Counted from the stretch's first letter, positions 1 through 9,030 are shown. The stretch: 18,723 nucleotides of DNA from Armatimonadota bacterium (GCA_043754515.1 JAYUUO010000016.1:1-18723); one strand, 5' to 3'. Notes: generated by a model from the letters alone, not told the origin. Numbers and translations are program-made.

Positions 1-45
1 CTTCCGTCATCCCCCACCCCCACCGCGACCGCCGACCGACACGCC

Positions 46-81
46 AAAGAAAGACCGGCCTGACGAAAGTCAGGCCGGTTT
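46..81 (-). terminator. Rho-independent terminator downstream of amtB
   Basis: Perfect 11-bp stem ACCGGCCTGAC (54-64) / GTCAGGCCGGT (69-79) with a 4-nt loop. On the minus strand it is followed by CTTTCTTT, about 40 nt after the amtB stop. Confidence 0.85.
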
Positions 82-118
82 CGCACTCAAGCGGACGAAC
101 CGCCCGGCCCGCAAGTTT

Positions 119-1813
119 CTAAGAATCCGCCCTCTTGCTCAGCACGGGAACCGGAACAGTCGCCCGATCCCCTTCCTTCCCGGCGGCGTAACCGTACTCG
201 CCAGAGTGATCGCCGCCACCCATGCCACCCGGTAGCGCGGACGGAACTAGCGCGAACTCAGGATAAGCCGGGACACCGTGCTCGTGTAGATCGAGTCCTT
301 CGAGTTCCCCGGCACGCGACAGGCGCAGGATTCCGGCGGCTTTGAGACCGAACATCAGAGCGCAAGCGACGGCGAACGTGGCACCGACGATGATCGCGTT
401 GCCAACGATCTGCGCCACGAGTAGGTCTGCCCCTCCGCCGTAGAAGAGACCCTTCAGGATAGAAGGTGCGGTGTTATCGGGACCGAACTGCCCCGCCGCG
501 CCATACTTCCCGCACGCGAACAGGCCCAGTGCCCATGTACCCCAGATGCCGCAGATGCCGTGAACCGGCACCGCGCCGATCGGGTCGTCAATGCGCAAGT
601 GCTCCATTACCTCAATGGCAACGACCACTAACACGCCCGCGATCGCACCGATGATAATCGAACCGGTCGGATTCACCCAGTAGCACGGGCAGGTGATGGC
701 AACAAGTCCGGCCAGGAAGCCGTTCACCGTGTAGCCGAGGTCCCACTTCTTGGACAGCGGGTACCCGGCGAACATCCCGGCGAGACCCGCCGCGCAGGCG
801 GCGAGCGTGGTGTTCGCCGCGACCCGCCCACATCCCTCGAAGTCCATCGCGGAGAGCGTGGAACCGGGGTTGAAGCCGTACCAGCCGAACCAGAGAATCA
901 GACCGCCCGAAGCCGCGATCACGAGGTCATGCGGCAGGAACGGGCCGCCGCCGTCGCGCTTGAACCGCCGTCCGAGGCGCGGCCCGAGTGCGAGCGCACC
1001 GGCGAGCGCGATCCACCCACCAATAGCGTGTACCACCGTTGAACCCGCGAAGTCGTGGAACGAAGCGTGTAACATAGGCAGGAACTTACCCGCCGCGCCC
1101 ATGGACGCCAGCGCGCCGTCCGGCCCCCACGCCCAGTGGCCGATGATCGGGTATATAAAACCCGAAACGAAGAACGAGTAGATCAGGTCACCCCACCAGG
1201 AAGTGCGCCCGATCATGGCACCCGAGGTGATCGTGGAGCAGGTATCCGCGAACGCGAACTGGAAGAGCCAGAACGCGAGGAAAGAAACGCCGGTCGTTTC
1301 ATAAGTCGCCGGTATGTTCTGAAGCATGAACCAGGAATGGCCCTTGTCATCTCCCCAGCCGATCCAGCCGTTACCATGACCGAACATGAACGCGAAGCCG
1401 AAGGCATAAAATAATAAGCCGCACAGACAGGTATCAACGATACATTCCATGAGCACGTTCACGGTCTCGCGGGAGCGGCAGAAACCGGCCTCCAGCATCG
1501 TAAAACCGACCTGCATCGCGAAAACGAGGAACGCCGCGAGCAGAACCCACAGTGTGTTAATCGGGTTGACTATCGCGTTGCCGTCGAGTTTGGGGTCGCC
1601 CGCGTGCGCGGGGCCACCGATGAACGCGGTGATAATCAATATCAGACCAAGCAGTAGCGTAATTCCGATCGCCTTACCGCCGAGTAGCGCGTAGGCGTAG
1701 CGTCGCCATTCGGGGGATCGCAGTCGCTCCGCGAGACGCGACAGCTTGTTATTCGGCGTCAACATCGCGGGGACTACGGTCGCTGTTTCAGACCGCTTTC
1801 GCTTTGATACCAT
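119..1813 (-). CDS. amtB: Ammonium transporter (Amt family) with N-terminal extension
   Basis: Motifs FAMQVGFTMLEAG, FQFAFA, HDFAGSTVVH, LWFGWYGFNPGS, NGFLAGLVAIT, DDPIGAVPVHG and C-terminal ELEGLDLHEHG; both pore histidines present; RBS GGAGGAG 9 nt before the ATG. Confidence 0.97.
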   Translation of the reverse strand: MVSKRKRSETATVVPAMLTPNNKLSRLAERLRSPEWRRYAYALLGGKAIGITLLLGLILIITAFIGGPAHAGDPKLDGNAIVNPINTLWVLLAAFLVFAMQVGFTMLEAGFCRSRETVNVLMECIVDTCLCGLLFYAFGFAFMFGHGNGWIGWGDDKGHSWFMLQNIPATYETTGVSFLAFWLFQFAFADTCSTITSGAMIGRTSWWGDLIYSFFVSGFIYPIIGHWAWGPDGALASMGAAGKFLPMLHASFHDFAGSTVVHAIGGWIALAGALALGPRLGRRFKRDGGGPFLPHDLVIAASGGLILWFGWYGFNPGSTLSAMDFEGCGRVAANTTLAACAAGLAGMFAGYPLSKKWDLGYTVNGFLAGLVAITCPCYWVNPTGSIIIGAIAGVLVVVAIEVMEHLRIDDPIGAVPVHGICGIWGTWALGLFACGKYGAAGQFGPDNTAPSILKGLFYGGGADLLVAQIVGNAIIVGATFAVACALMFGLKAAGILRLSRAGELEGLDLHEHGVPAYPEFALVPSALPGGMGGGDHSGEYGYAAGKEGDRATVPVPVLSKRADS

Positions 1814-2147
1814 GAGTCGGCACTCCTCCCTCCGCCGCCGTCCGGGGGTATGGTTTGTGGACGGTGACGAATCCTGAACAAAATCGAGATCGAGAAACGG
1901 GTAGTTATGTCGGGGGTCGCGCGGTTACCCGCAGTTCCCCCGACGATTGATTCCGCGCCGAATCGTAGATAAAGCCGTCACCAGGTTCGCGTCGTAGCCA
2001 CCCGGCAGTGTTCAAGGGTCAAACAAAACTCGCCCGCAACAGTAAGTTGACGATCAACGAACGTGCCGAGAAATGATGGCATTTCTGTTCGCTAGCAAGT
2101 CGCGTGGGAAAGAGCAACCGTCCGAATCAGTTCCAGAACGGTACGGC

Positions 2148-2176
2148 ACTATAGCACGTGGGTGTAGGTAATGCAA
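2148..2176 (-). promoter_or_regulatory. Sigma70-type promoter of amtB (TTGCAT-N17-TATAGT, extended TG)
   Basis: Minus strand reads TTGCAT tacctacacccacgTGc TATAGT with a 17-nt spacer and an AT-rich stretch further upstream; predicts a ~330-nt leader. Confidence 0.65.
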
Positions 2177-2327
2177 GGCGCGGTGGAAAAGTTATCCGGG
2201 ATTTAGATAAAATAATATGGTAGCGAAGCGATCAAGAGCCGCACCCTATACTTGACATAGAGCGCGGCTTTCACCAGTCATCCGAAGGGCACACGGTTGG
2301 AGCAGATACTGCATTCCGCGTCGGCGT

Positions 2328-2567
2328 CTAGCCGCTCCCATCGAGAACAGGGTAATCGAGGTGTGCCGTCACCTCATGGCCCAGGCTCGGCGGACTCCCC
2401 GCGTTCGTCAGCGCGGTCCGCGCGCGGCGTACAAGATCCTCCTCCACCTTGCTCCATACGCCCCCACGCCCCTCGGTGAGGAGGCTCACGTAGCCTTGTA
2501 GCAACTCATCGAGGGACTTTATCAATTCCGCGTTCGTCCCCACGGTCGGGATGTTTGTTTCTATCAT
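2328..2567 (-). CDS. Small hypothetical protein (79 aa)
   Basis: Protein-like amphipathic helical composition, AAAGAGG RBS-like sequence upstream and its own promoter-like TTGCTA-N16-TACAAT; no family recognised. Confidence 0.65.
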   Translation of the reverse strand: MIETNIPTVGTNAELIKSLDELLQGYVSLLTEGRGGVWSKVEEDLVRRARTALTNAGSPPSLGHEVTAHLDYPVLDGSG

Positions 2568-2589
2568 TGGGATTCAGCCTCTTTCCACG

Positions 2590-2679
2590 ATTGTATATAC
2601 CGTCCGATAGATAGCAACCAAACCGGACGCGCGGGGCAATCCGCGCTACTTTTCCGCGCCCCATTTTTCACGGTACAAT
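2590..2679. promoter_or_regulatory. Divergent sigma70-like promoters for the 79-aa gene (-) and the M42 peptidase-lnt unit (+)
   Basis: Minus strand: TTGCTA (2617-2612)-N16-TACAAT (2595-2590). Plus strand: TTTCCG (2651-2656)-N17-TACAAT (2674-2679). Confidence 0.45.
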
Positions 2680-2758
2680 GGGCTGATGAAACGGTTCTCT
2701 AACAACCGCTTCCGGCCCATGTCACTCAAAATAATAGGTAGGAGTTGTTCCGTAACCA

Positions 2759-3829
2759 ATGATTTCTGATTCCGCGCTAGATTTCCTCAAGCGTCTTCTG
2801 GAAACCGCGTCCCCTTCCGGCTTCGAGGAAGCAAACGCCGCGCATTTCCGCGAGTATGTCACCCCGTTCGCGGATCGCGTCGAGACCGACCGCCACGGAA
2901 ACGTCATCGCTTCGGTCAACCCCGGAGCCCCCGTCCGCGTCATGCTTTCCGGTCATATTGACGAGATCGGCTTCCTAATTCACCACATCGCCGACGAAGG
3001 CTACTGCTACTTCCGGCCCATCGGCGGGCATGACACCGTGGTGATCGTCGGACAGCGGGTCACGGTGCATACGGCGAACGGCCCCGTCCCCGGCGTGATC
3101 GGCAAAAAACCGATTCACCTACTCACCCCCGAAGAACGCGACAAAGGAAAGGTCGAGTTGCACGACCTCTGGATAGACCTCGGCGTCACAGGTGGTAAGG
3201 ACGAAGTCGCGGCGGCGGGCGTCCAGATCGGCGACTGCGTTACCTACGCCGTCGGCTTCCAGCAACTCCTCGGTGACCGGATCGCCGCCCGCGCCTTAGA
3301 CAACCGAATCGGGGCGTGGGTAGTCGCCGAGGCACTGCGCCGCGTGAGGGAACTCGCCCCGCAGGTAGGTGTATTCGCCGTCGCGTCCGTCCAGGAAGAG
3401 ATCGGCCTGCGCGGCGCGCGAACCGCCGCCTACAGCATTGACCCGCAGATCGGTATCGCCGTTGACGTGTCGTTCGCGACCGACTATCCCTCCATGGACA
3501 AGCGCAAGGTCTCCGAACTGAAGCTCGGCAAAGGCCCCGGCATCCTACGCGGCGCGAACGCGTCCCGCAAATTGTCCGATTTTCTGATCAAGACAGCGAC
3601 CGACAGCGAAATCCCGCACCAGATTTCCATCTCCCCGGCAGGCACTGGCACTGACGCGAACGCGATACAGGTCTCGCGCGGCGGCGTGACCACGGGACTC
3701 GTGGATGTCCCGCTTCGCTACATGCACACGCCCTGCGAGGTGATCGCGCTCTCCGACGCCGACAACGCCGCCGAACTACTCGCCCGCGCCTGCGCGAAGC
3801 TACAGACGGGGGATAATTGGATCCCCTAG
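2759..3829 (+). CDS. M42 family metallo-aminopeptidase (TET-like; often annotated endoglucanase)
   Basis: SPSGFE, SGHIDEIG, ALDNRIG, QEEIGLRGA, AVDV, GTDA and LRYMHTP motifs with all metal ligands intact; AGGAG upstream. Confidence 0.95.
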   Translation: MISDSALDFLKRLLETASPSGFEEANAAHFREYVTPFADRVETDRHGNVIASVNPGAPVRVMLSGHIDEIGFLIHHIADEGYCYFRPIGGHDTVVIVGQRVTVHTANGPVPGVIGKKPIHLLTPEERDKGKVELHDLWIDLGVTGGKDEVAAAGVQIGDCVTYAVGFQQLLGDRIAARALDNRIGAWVVAEALRRVRELAPQVGVFAVASVQEEIGLRGARTAAYSIDPQIGIAVDVSFATDYPSMDKRKVSELKLGKGPGILRGANASRKLSDFLIKTATDSEIPHQISISPAGTGTDANAIQVSRGGVTTGLVDVPLRYMHTPCEVIALSDADNAAELLARACAKLQTGDNWIP

Positions 3830-5433
3830 CACCGCGCCCGGTCCCGAGTAGACGGGCAAGGTTACTCCAAGTGACCTTGCCCGTTTGTTCGGCGGTCTTG
3901 CTCGCATTCTGCTTCCCGTTCATCTCGGCGTGGTGGCTGGCGTGGCTCGCGCTCGTCCCCCTGTATCTGGCACTGCTCCGCGCGGCGGGCAACATCCGCG
4001 CCGGGCTACTAACCGGGTTCTGGTTCGGGCTTACCCTGCATCTGGTCGGTGTCTTCTGGATGAGCAAACTGGGCACCGTGCCCTGGCTTGGTGTCGCGGT
4101 TTGCGAGGCGGGCGCGTTCGCCCTCTGGGGTGCTATCGCCGCGCCGCTCCTGTTCCGCCTGCCGACATGGGCGCGCCCTCTGGCATTCGCCGCGACCTGG
4201 ACATGCCTGGAGTGGGCGCGGACGCTGGGCGCGATGGCCTTCCCCTGGTTCCCGCTCGCCGCGTCGCAGGTGCCGTGCCTGCCGATGGTGCAGATCGTCT
4301 CCGTGACCGGGCAATGGGGTTTGGGTTTCGCCGTCGCGCTCGTCAACGCCTTGCTCGTCGAGGCGTATCAAGCCCGGCGACTGCGCGACGAGAGTGTCTT
4401 CCGCTGGCTCGCGGGGTCCGCGGTTTATGTTCCGGTCGCGCTCTGGGTCGGAGGGTACTTCGCCCTCGGCAACGACGCGGCGGACCCGGCGTCCGCGCCG
4501 ACGCGGAACGTCACGGTCATTCAGGGCAACGTCGGCAAGGTGCCGGAGAACGCTGACTATAGTACTTTGGACGACTACCGTCGGACGTCGCTCGACACCT
4601 ATCTACAGATGACCCGGTTCGCCGCGAAGAGCGGAACCAAACCCGATTTCGTTCTGTGGCCCGAGACCGTGGTTCCCGGCTACCTTTTACAAGATCCGAT
4701 ATTGCAAACACTCGTCGCCGGGCTCGCCCGCGAAACGAACACCGACCTGCTAGTGGGGACGGCGGACGCCGGTGCCGGATTGACACGCTTCAACAGTGTG
4801 GTTTATCTGGACCCTAATGGGATCGTCCGGCGTAAGTACGACAAACAGCGCATCGTGCCGATGGGCGAGTTTTTCCCGTTCCGTGATTCGCTCGGCTCGA
4901 TCTACGAGAAGTACAACGTGCCGAACGAAGACCTGACACCGGGGCGTGCGCCGGGAGTTTTTCCGGTCGGGTACGGCACGCGGGAAACGCCGGTCGGGAT
5001 GCTGATCTGTTACGAGGCGGTGTTCCCGTACATCAGCCGCGACCGGGTGCGGGAAGGGGCGCGGGTACTACTGCAATCTACCTCCGACGAGACGTTCGAC
5101 GGGACCCCGAACCCGGAGCAACACGCTGATCTTTGTGTGCTAAGGGCGGTAGAAACACGCCGCTACTTCGTACGGGCGGGCGCGACCGGCTACTCCGAGA
5201 TCATAGACGCCGGGGGAAACGTAAGCCGCCGCGTCCCCGCAGGCAAGCCGGGTACCATCAGCGACCGCGTGGTGTTGCGGACGGGTGAAACCCTGTTCGT
5301 GCGGTTCGGCGACTGGTTCGTCGGCGTTTGCGCCGCGCTTACAGCCTGCGCGGGGATGTGGGTAGCCGCGCGGACGCGACCTCTTTCACGACGTCGAATT
5401 GAGTCCAGCGGAGAAACCGCACCTCCTGCGTGA
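3817..5433 (+). CDS. lnt: Apolipoprotein N-acyltransferase
   Basis: N-terminal TM helices, EWAR...FPW, VIQGN, catalytic triad WPET / YDKQRIVPMGEF / LICYEA, RAVETRR, C-terminal TLFVRFGDW plus TM helix. The TTG start overlapping the upstream gene is uncertain. Confidence 0.93.
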   Translation: MDPLAPRPVPSRRARLLQVTLPVCSAVLLAFCFPFISAWWLAWLALVPLYLALLRAAGNIRAGLLTGFWFGLTLHLVGVFWMSKLGTVPWLGVAVCEAGAFALWGAIAAPLLFRLPTWARPLAFAATWTCLEWARTLGAMAFPWFPLAASQVPCLPMVQIVSVTGQWGLGFAVALVNALLVEAYQARRLRDESVFRWLAGSAVYVPVALWVGGYFALGNDAADPASAPTRNVTVIQGNVGKVPENADYSTLDDYRRTSLDTYLQMTRFAAKSGTKPDFVLWPETVVPGYLLQDPILQTLVAGLARETNTDLLVGTADAGAGLTRFNSVVYLDPNGIVRRKYDKQRIVPMGEFFPFRDSLGSIYEKYNVPNEDLTPGRAPGVFPVGYGTRETPVGMLICYEAVFPYISRDRVREGARVLLQSTSDETFDGTPNPEQHADLCVLRAVETRRYFVRAGATGYSEIIDAGGNVSRRVPAGKPGTISDRVVLRTGETLFVRFGDWFVGVCAALTACAGMWVAARTRPLSRRRIESSGETAPPA

Positions 5434-6208
5434 ACCAGCCCTCTTCGGACGGAACCACGGTCCGCACGACCCGCATCGGCAACGGATCCGCCTGAATCCA
5501 TGTCTTGTCGCCCAGGTACGCCATTGTGTGAACCCCGCTCGAAAGAACCGCGATGTCGCCGGGGCGTAGCCTCGTATAGTCCGCCTCGTTCATGCTCTTC
5601 GCTACCGCGATAGCTGCCGTCAGCCCGCGATAGTTCTCGCCGAGTGCCTTCGCCGAGCAGTCGTGCCACCAGAGCGAGATCGCGGCGCGGAAAAGCGCGG
5701 GGTTCCGCGCGCGCATTCCTTCGCGAAGTTCCGCGTCCTGCAAGGCACCGCGCACCAGCCCCGAGCAGTCTATCCCGAGCGCGGTCTCCCCGCCCCACAC
5801 ATATGGAGTCCCTTCGAGCCTTTGTAAGGACGCCACATAGGTCGAGCGGAGCCTATCGCCGTCTATCGGGTCACCGGGCGCGAGTAGGAACGCCGCCGCG
5901 AGCACGGGAAGGACGAAAGCGAGCGTCGGCACGGCTCGGGCGCGGCGCAACAGGTACGCCCCCCCGAGCCAGAGCAAGGCACAGAGAAGTAGCAGAGCCG
6001 CCCGGAAGAGCGTGGTACGGATCGGCATCGCGAGCAGAAGGGCATATCCGACCAGAGCCACCCACCAGAAAGAAAGCAACGTTTTCTCAAAGGCGGAACG
6101 ACGCGGCGGTTCGATAAACGACAAAGGCATAGGATTTGGTGACTTCGTACTACTATCTTCGGCAGAATGTGTCCTAGAGTGTACGTCGCCGCTGTTTTTG
6201 GTGTTCAT
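5339..6208 (-). CDS. Membrane-anchored NlpC/P60 (C40) family cysteine hydrolase
   Basis: About three N-terminal hydrophobic segments, then GTPYVWGGE...GIDCSGLV, LRPGDIAV and GVHTMAYLG (catalytic Cys and His). The start could also be the ATG at 6130. Confidence 0.85.
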   Translation of the reverse strand: MNTKNSGDVHSRTHSAEDSSTKSPNPMPLSFIEPPRRSAFEKTLLSFWWVALVGYALLLAMPIRTTLFRAALLLLCALLWLGGAYLLRRARAVPTLAFVLPVLAAAFLLAPGDPIDGDRLRSTYVASLQRLEGTPYVWGGETALGIDCSGLVRGALQDAELREGMRARNPALFRAAISLWWHDCSAKALGENYRGLTAAIAVAKSMNEADYTRLRPGDIAVLSSGVHTMAYLGDKTWIQADPLPMRVVRTVVPSEEGWFTQEVRFLRWTQFDVVKEVASARLPTSPRRL

Positions 6209-6393
6209 AATGTTTTCCTACACTGCGTTAGAACGCTTAGCGGGGCGGGTCGGTTACGGGCTACACGGGGCAACGCCGCGTCGCCAGTAACGATCCGGTG
6301 ATGCGATTCGCGTGAAGATCGAGGGTGCGCGAGCGAACCGATCGCACAATGTGACGCCTAGTGCCTACAGGCTCACAAGGCGGGGGAGAGGCA

Positions 6394-6717
6394 CTAGCCC
6401 CCGACGCGGACGCCGCGCCGCGTCGGCCAGGGGTTTGTGACCGAGCGGCGCGGCTTCGGCATGGCCCAGTCAGCGGGGACATGGACCCCATGAAGCACGC
6501 CCACGGCGGACGCGATCAGCGGCGCGAACGTCTCATAGCATCGGGAACAACCGAGCAGCCCCGTGCGGTTCAGCTCGGCTTCGGAGAGGTAGCAGCCCGA
6601 ACAGACGCGGAGCGTCACCGCGTCGGGTGCCCCCGTGGCGAGCGCGTCAGGCGGGGCGGTCTCCGCGGGCGAAGGCGGCGAAGGGGGCGCGGCAACGCGC
6701 TCGAGAAGGGCGATCAT
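6394..6717 (-). CDS. Short McsA-like zinc-binding protein (only the CxxC...GLLGCxxCYxxF...HG module)
   Basis: CSGC-x8-RTGLLGCSRCYETF-x9-LHG matches the central McsA signature; promoter-like TTGCTT-N18-TACACT at 6760-6731. Confidence 0.65.
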   Translation of the reverse strand: MIALLERVAAPPSPPSPAETAPPDALATGAPDAVTLRVCSGCYLSEAELNRTGLLGCSRCYETFAPLIASAVGVLHGVHVPADWAMPKPRRSVTNPWPTRRGVRVGG

Positions 6718-6880
6718 GGGCTTCGTTCACAGTGTAGCATAGTAGCACAGGCGGAAGCAAGGGATGATGTCGGCATCCGTGGCGGCCGTCGGGGTTCAAT
6801 CCGGGCGGTCGGGTGGTCGCGGGGACGTTGTTCCCCGCGACCGAAACAGCCTACTCTCCACGATACATGGACGTGGTACG

Positions 6881-8557
6881 ATGCGTACTATGAAATCACC
6901 CCGTTTCGGTTCGCCTCTTCTCCTTCTCGCCACCACATTAACACTCTGTGCGTCCCCTGCCCTCGCACGCGACGGCACACTCTCCAGTAAAGACGCGCGC
7001 AAAATGGCGGAGGCGACTCTGACCCGGCGCAACCTCCGCGCCTACCTCTCATTTATCGCGTCCGATGAACTGCAAGGGCGCGACACGCCGTCAGTCGGCC
7101 TGAACACGGCGGCGCGTTACATCGCGACGTTCCTGGAGCGGTGGGGTTTCGCGCCGCGCGGCGATAACGGCACCTACTTCCAGACGATAACGCTCCGCAC
7201 GCTGTACCTAGACGCCGCTAAATCATCGGCGACAGTAGGCGGGAAGACGCTACGCTATGGCGACGACTTCCTCCCTACCGGTGGGAGCGAGGAGCAAGTC
7301 GCCCTCCCCACCCCGGTACCGCTAGTATATGTCGGCAACGGATGGCTAGTGAAGTCGAAGAAGCTAGACGCTTACGCGGGCCTCGACGTGCGCGGCAAGA
7401 TCGTGGTCATCGCGCCGTCCGACTTCCCCCCGCCCGGCGTCACGCGCGATGAACTGACCCGCGCGGGGCGCGGCACCGACTGGATGACGCCGGACGCCTA
7501 CGCGCGGGCGAGCGGCGCGGTCGGGATCATACACCTGCCCGACTCGTCCGACCCGGCGGGCTGGGCAAGGATAGCGGCGGGCGCGAAGCCCTCGACCCGC
7601 ATCGGCACAACCCCGGTCGGCAAGAACGACCGGGCGAATACCTCGCTACCGGTGATAACGCTTTCCCCCGCCGCCGCGTCCGCGCTCTTCGCGGGCGAAA
7701 GGACTACACTCGACGCCGCGCTCGCTAAGGCGAAGCCGGAGGCGGGCGCGTTCGCGTTCGGCGCGGGCAAGACCGCCGCCATCAGTGTCGGCGTGACGGC
7801 GAAGACGGACACCACGCAGAACGTCGTCGCCTCATGGGAAGGAAGCGATGCGCGCCTCAAAGAGCAGTTCGTCGCGCTCGGTGCCCATTATGACCACCTG
7901 GGGGTGAATGAGTCCCCCACCGCGACCGGCGACCGGATTTATAACGGCGCGGATGACGACGGTTCGGGAACGGTAGCGTTGCTTTCGATGGCGGAAACGC
8001 TGGCGACACGCCCCGACAAACGCCCCAAACGAAGCGTCCTGTTCGTGTGGCATTGCGGCGAAGAAAAGGGATTGTGGGGCTCCTCGTTTTTTACGGAGAA
8101 CCCGACGGTGCCGATCACGAGCATCGTGGCGCAACTTAACATTGACATGATCGGCCGTAGCAAACCCGAGGGGGATACCCAACCGCGCGACAAAACTCTG
8201 TCAGACCCCGACACGATCTACGTGATCGGGTCGCGCATGATCTCGAACGATCTCGGCGACGTTGTGGACTGGGTCAACAACGACTACACGAAACTGCGCT
8301 ACGATTTGCGCTACGACGACTCCAAGGACCCGAACCGCTTCTATTACCGGAGCGACCACTACAACTACGCGCAACGCGGGATCCCGATCGCGTTCTTCTT
8401 CGACGGCGTTCACGTGGACTACCACCGCGTGTCCGACGAGGTGAGCAAGATTGACTTCCCGAAGTACGAGCGGGTGGCGCGGACAATATTCCTGACGGCG
8501 GTCGCGCTCGCGGACCGCGACAAGCCGCTCGCGGTTACGGGAACCAGCCGGAAGTAG
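6881..8557 (+). CDS. Secreted M28 family metallopeptidase with PA domain
   Basis: Signal peptide MRTMKSPRFGSPLLLLATTLTLCASPALA; IASDELQGR, LVYVGNG (PA domain), GAHYDH, NGADDDGSG, GEEKGLWGS, NIDMIGR, RSDHY, DYHRVSD. Start placed at ATG 6881 (or 6890) rather than 6764. Confidence 0.93.
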   Translation: MRTMKSPRFGSPLLLLATTLTLCASPALARDGTLSSKDARKMAEATLTRRNLRAYLSFIASDELQGRDTPSVGLNTAARYIATFLERWGFAPRGDNGTYFQTITLRTLYLDAAKSSATVGGKTLRYGDDFLPTGGSEEQVALPTPVPLVYVGNGWLVKSKKLDAYAGLDVRGKIVVIAPSDFPPPGVTRDELTRAGRGTDWMTPDAYARASGAVGIIHLPDSSDPAGWARIAAGAKPSTRIGTTPVGKNDRANTSLPVITLSPAAASALFAGERTTLDAALAKAKPEAGAFAFGAGKTAAISVGVTAKTDTTQNVVASWEGSDARLKEQFVALGAHYDHLGVNESPTATGDRIYNGADDDGSGTVALLSMAETLATRPDKRPKRSVLFVWHCGEEKGLWGSSFFTENPTVPITSIVAQLNIDMIGRSKPEGDTQPRDKTLSDPDTIYVIGSRMISNDLGDVVDWVNNDYTKLRYDLRYDDSKDPNRFYYRSDHYNYAQRGIPIAFFFDGVHVDYHRVSDEVSKIDFPKYERVARTIFLTAVALADRDKPLAVTGTSRK

Positions 8558-8655
8558 CGCGGGCCCCGGCTGAGCCGCGCGGGGTGCTAGAGAAAACGCA
8601 GTTTTGCTCGCCAGGGGGTGGCGGCGGCAACTCCACAACGCGCTATAGTACGGGC

Positions 8656-9030
8656 ATGACCACGGCTATTCAGGAACAACGGGCACGCATTGGTAGTGAA
8701 GGCACACTAATTTTACACCTGCCCGTCGGCGTGTGGGGATAGGACGTAGATGTACAGGTGCGCCCCGCCGCCCCGGCGAGCGACGCCGCGCTGGCCGCCG
8801 CGATCAACCGCCCCCTTGTCGGCTCGGTGCGCACACGTTATGACGCTTTAGCGGCGAAGCGGAACGCCGGGTCGCTGACCGCGCCGGAGTACGACGAGTT
8901 GCAGCGTCTGACCGACGGGATGGAGGCCGACCACCTCCTGCGCTGGGAGAATATCGCCCGCATCGCCGCGCTACGCGGCGATGCGGCGGCGTCGGTCGCT
9001 ACCCGGTTCGGATTGGTGCTTCCTGCCTGA
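8656..9030 (+). pseudogene. Antitoxin-like gene interrupted by an in-frame TAG (8740-8742)
   Basis: ATG 8656 gives MTTAIQEQRARIGSEGTLILHLPVGVWG*DVDVQVRP..., in frame with the listed ORF 8758-9030. The C-terminal RYDALAAKRNAGSLTAPEYDELQRLTD...IAALRG resembles small helical proteins found next to HNH toxins. TATAGT at 8644-8649. Confidence 0.6.

Noticed and set aside
1..20. Possible minus-strand gene start (ATG at 10) after a G-rich stretch
   Set aside because: Only three codons lie within the window, so it cannot be supported.
1950..2100. Known glutamine (glnA) or c-di-GMP riboswitch in the amtB leader
   Set aside because: Conserved consensus nucleotides could not be matched by eye; kept only as an unassigned structured leader.
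6764..6880. N-terminal extension of the M28 ORF
   Set aside because: The signal peptide begins at ATG 6881/6890; the upstream part is likely divergent promoter DNA.
8740..8742. Pyrrolysine or genome-wide amber recoding
   Set aside because: TAG serves as the normal stop of amtB, M42, M28, the PEP-CTERM gene and the permease in this window.
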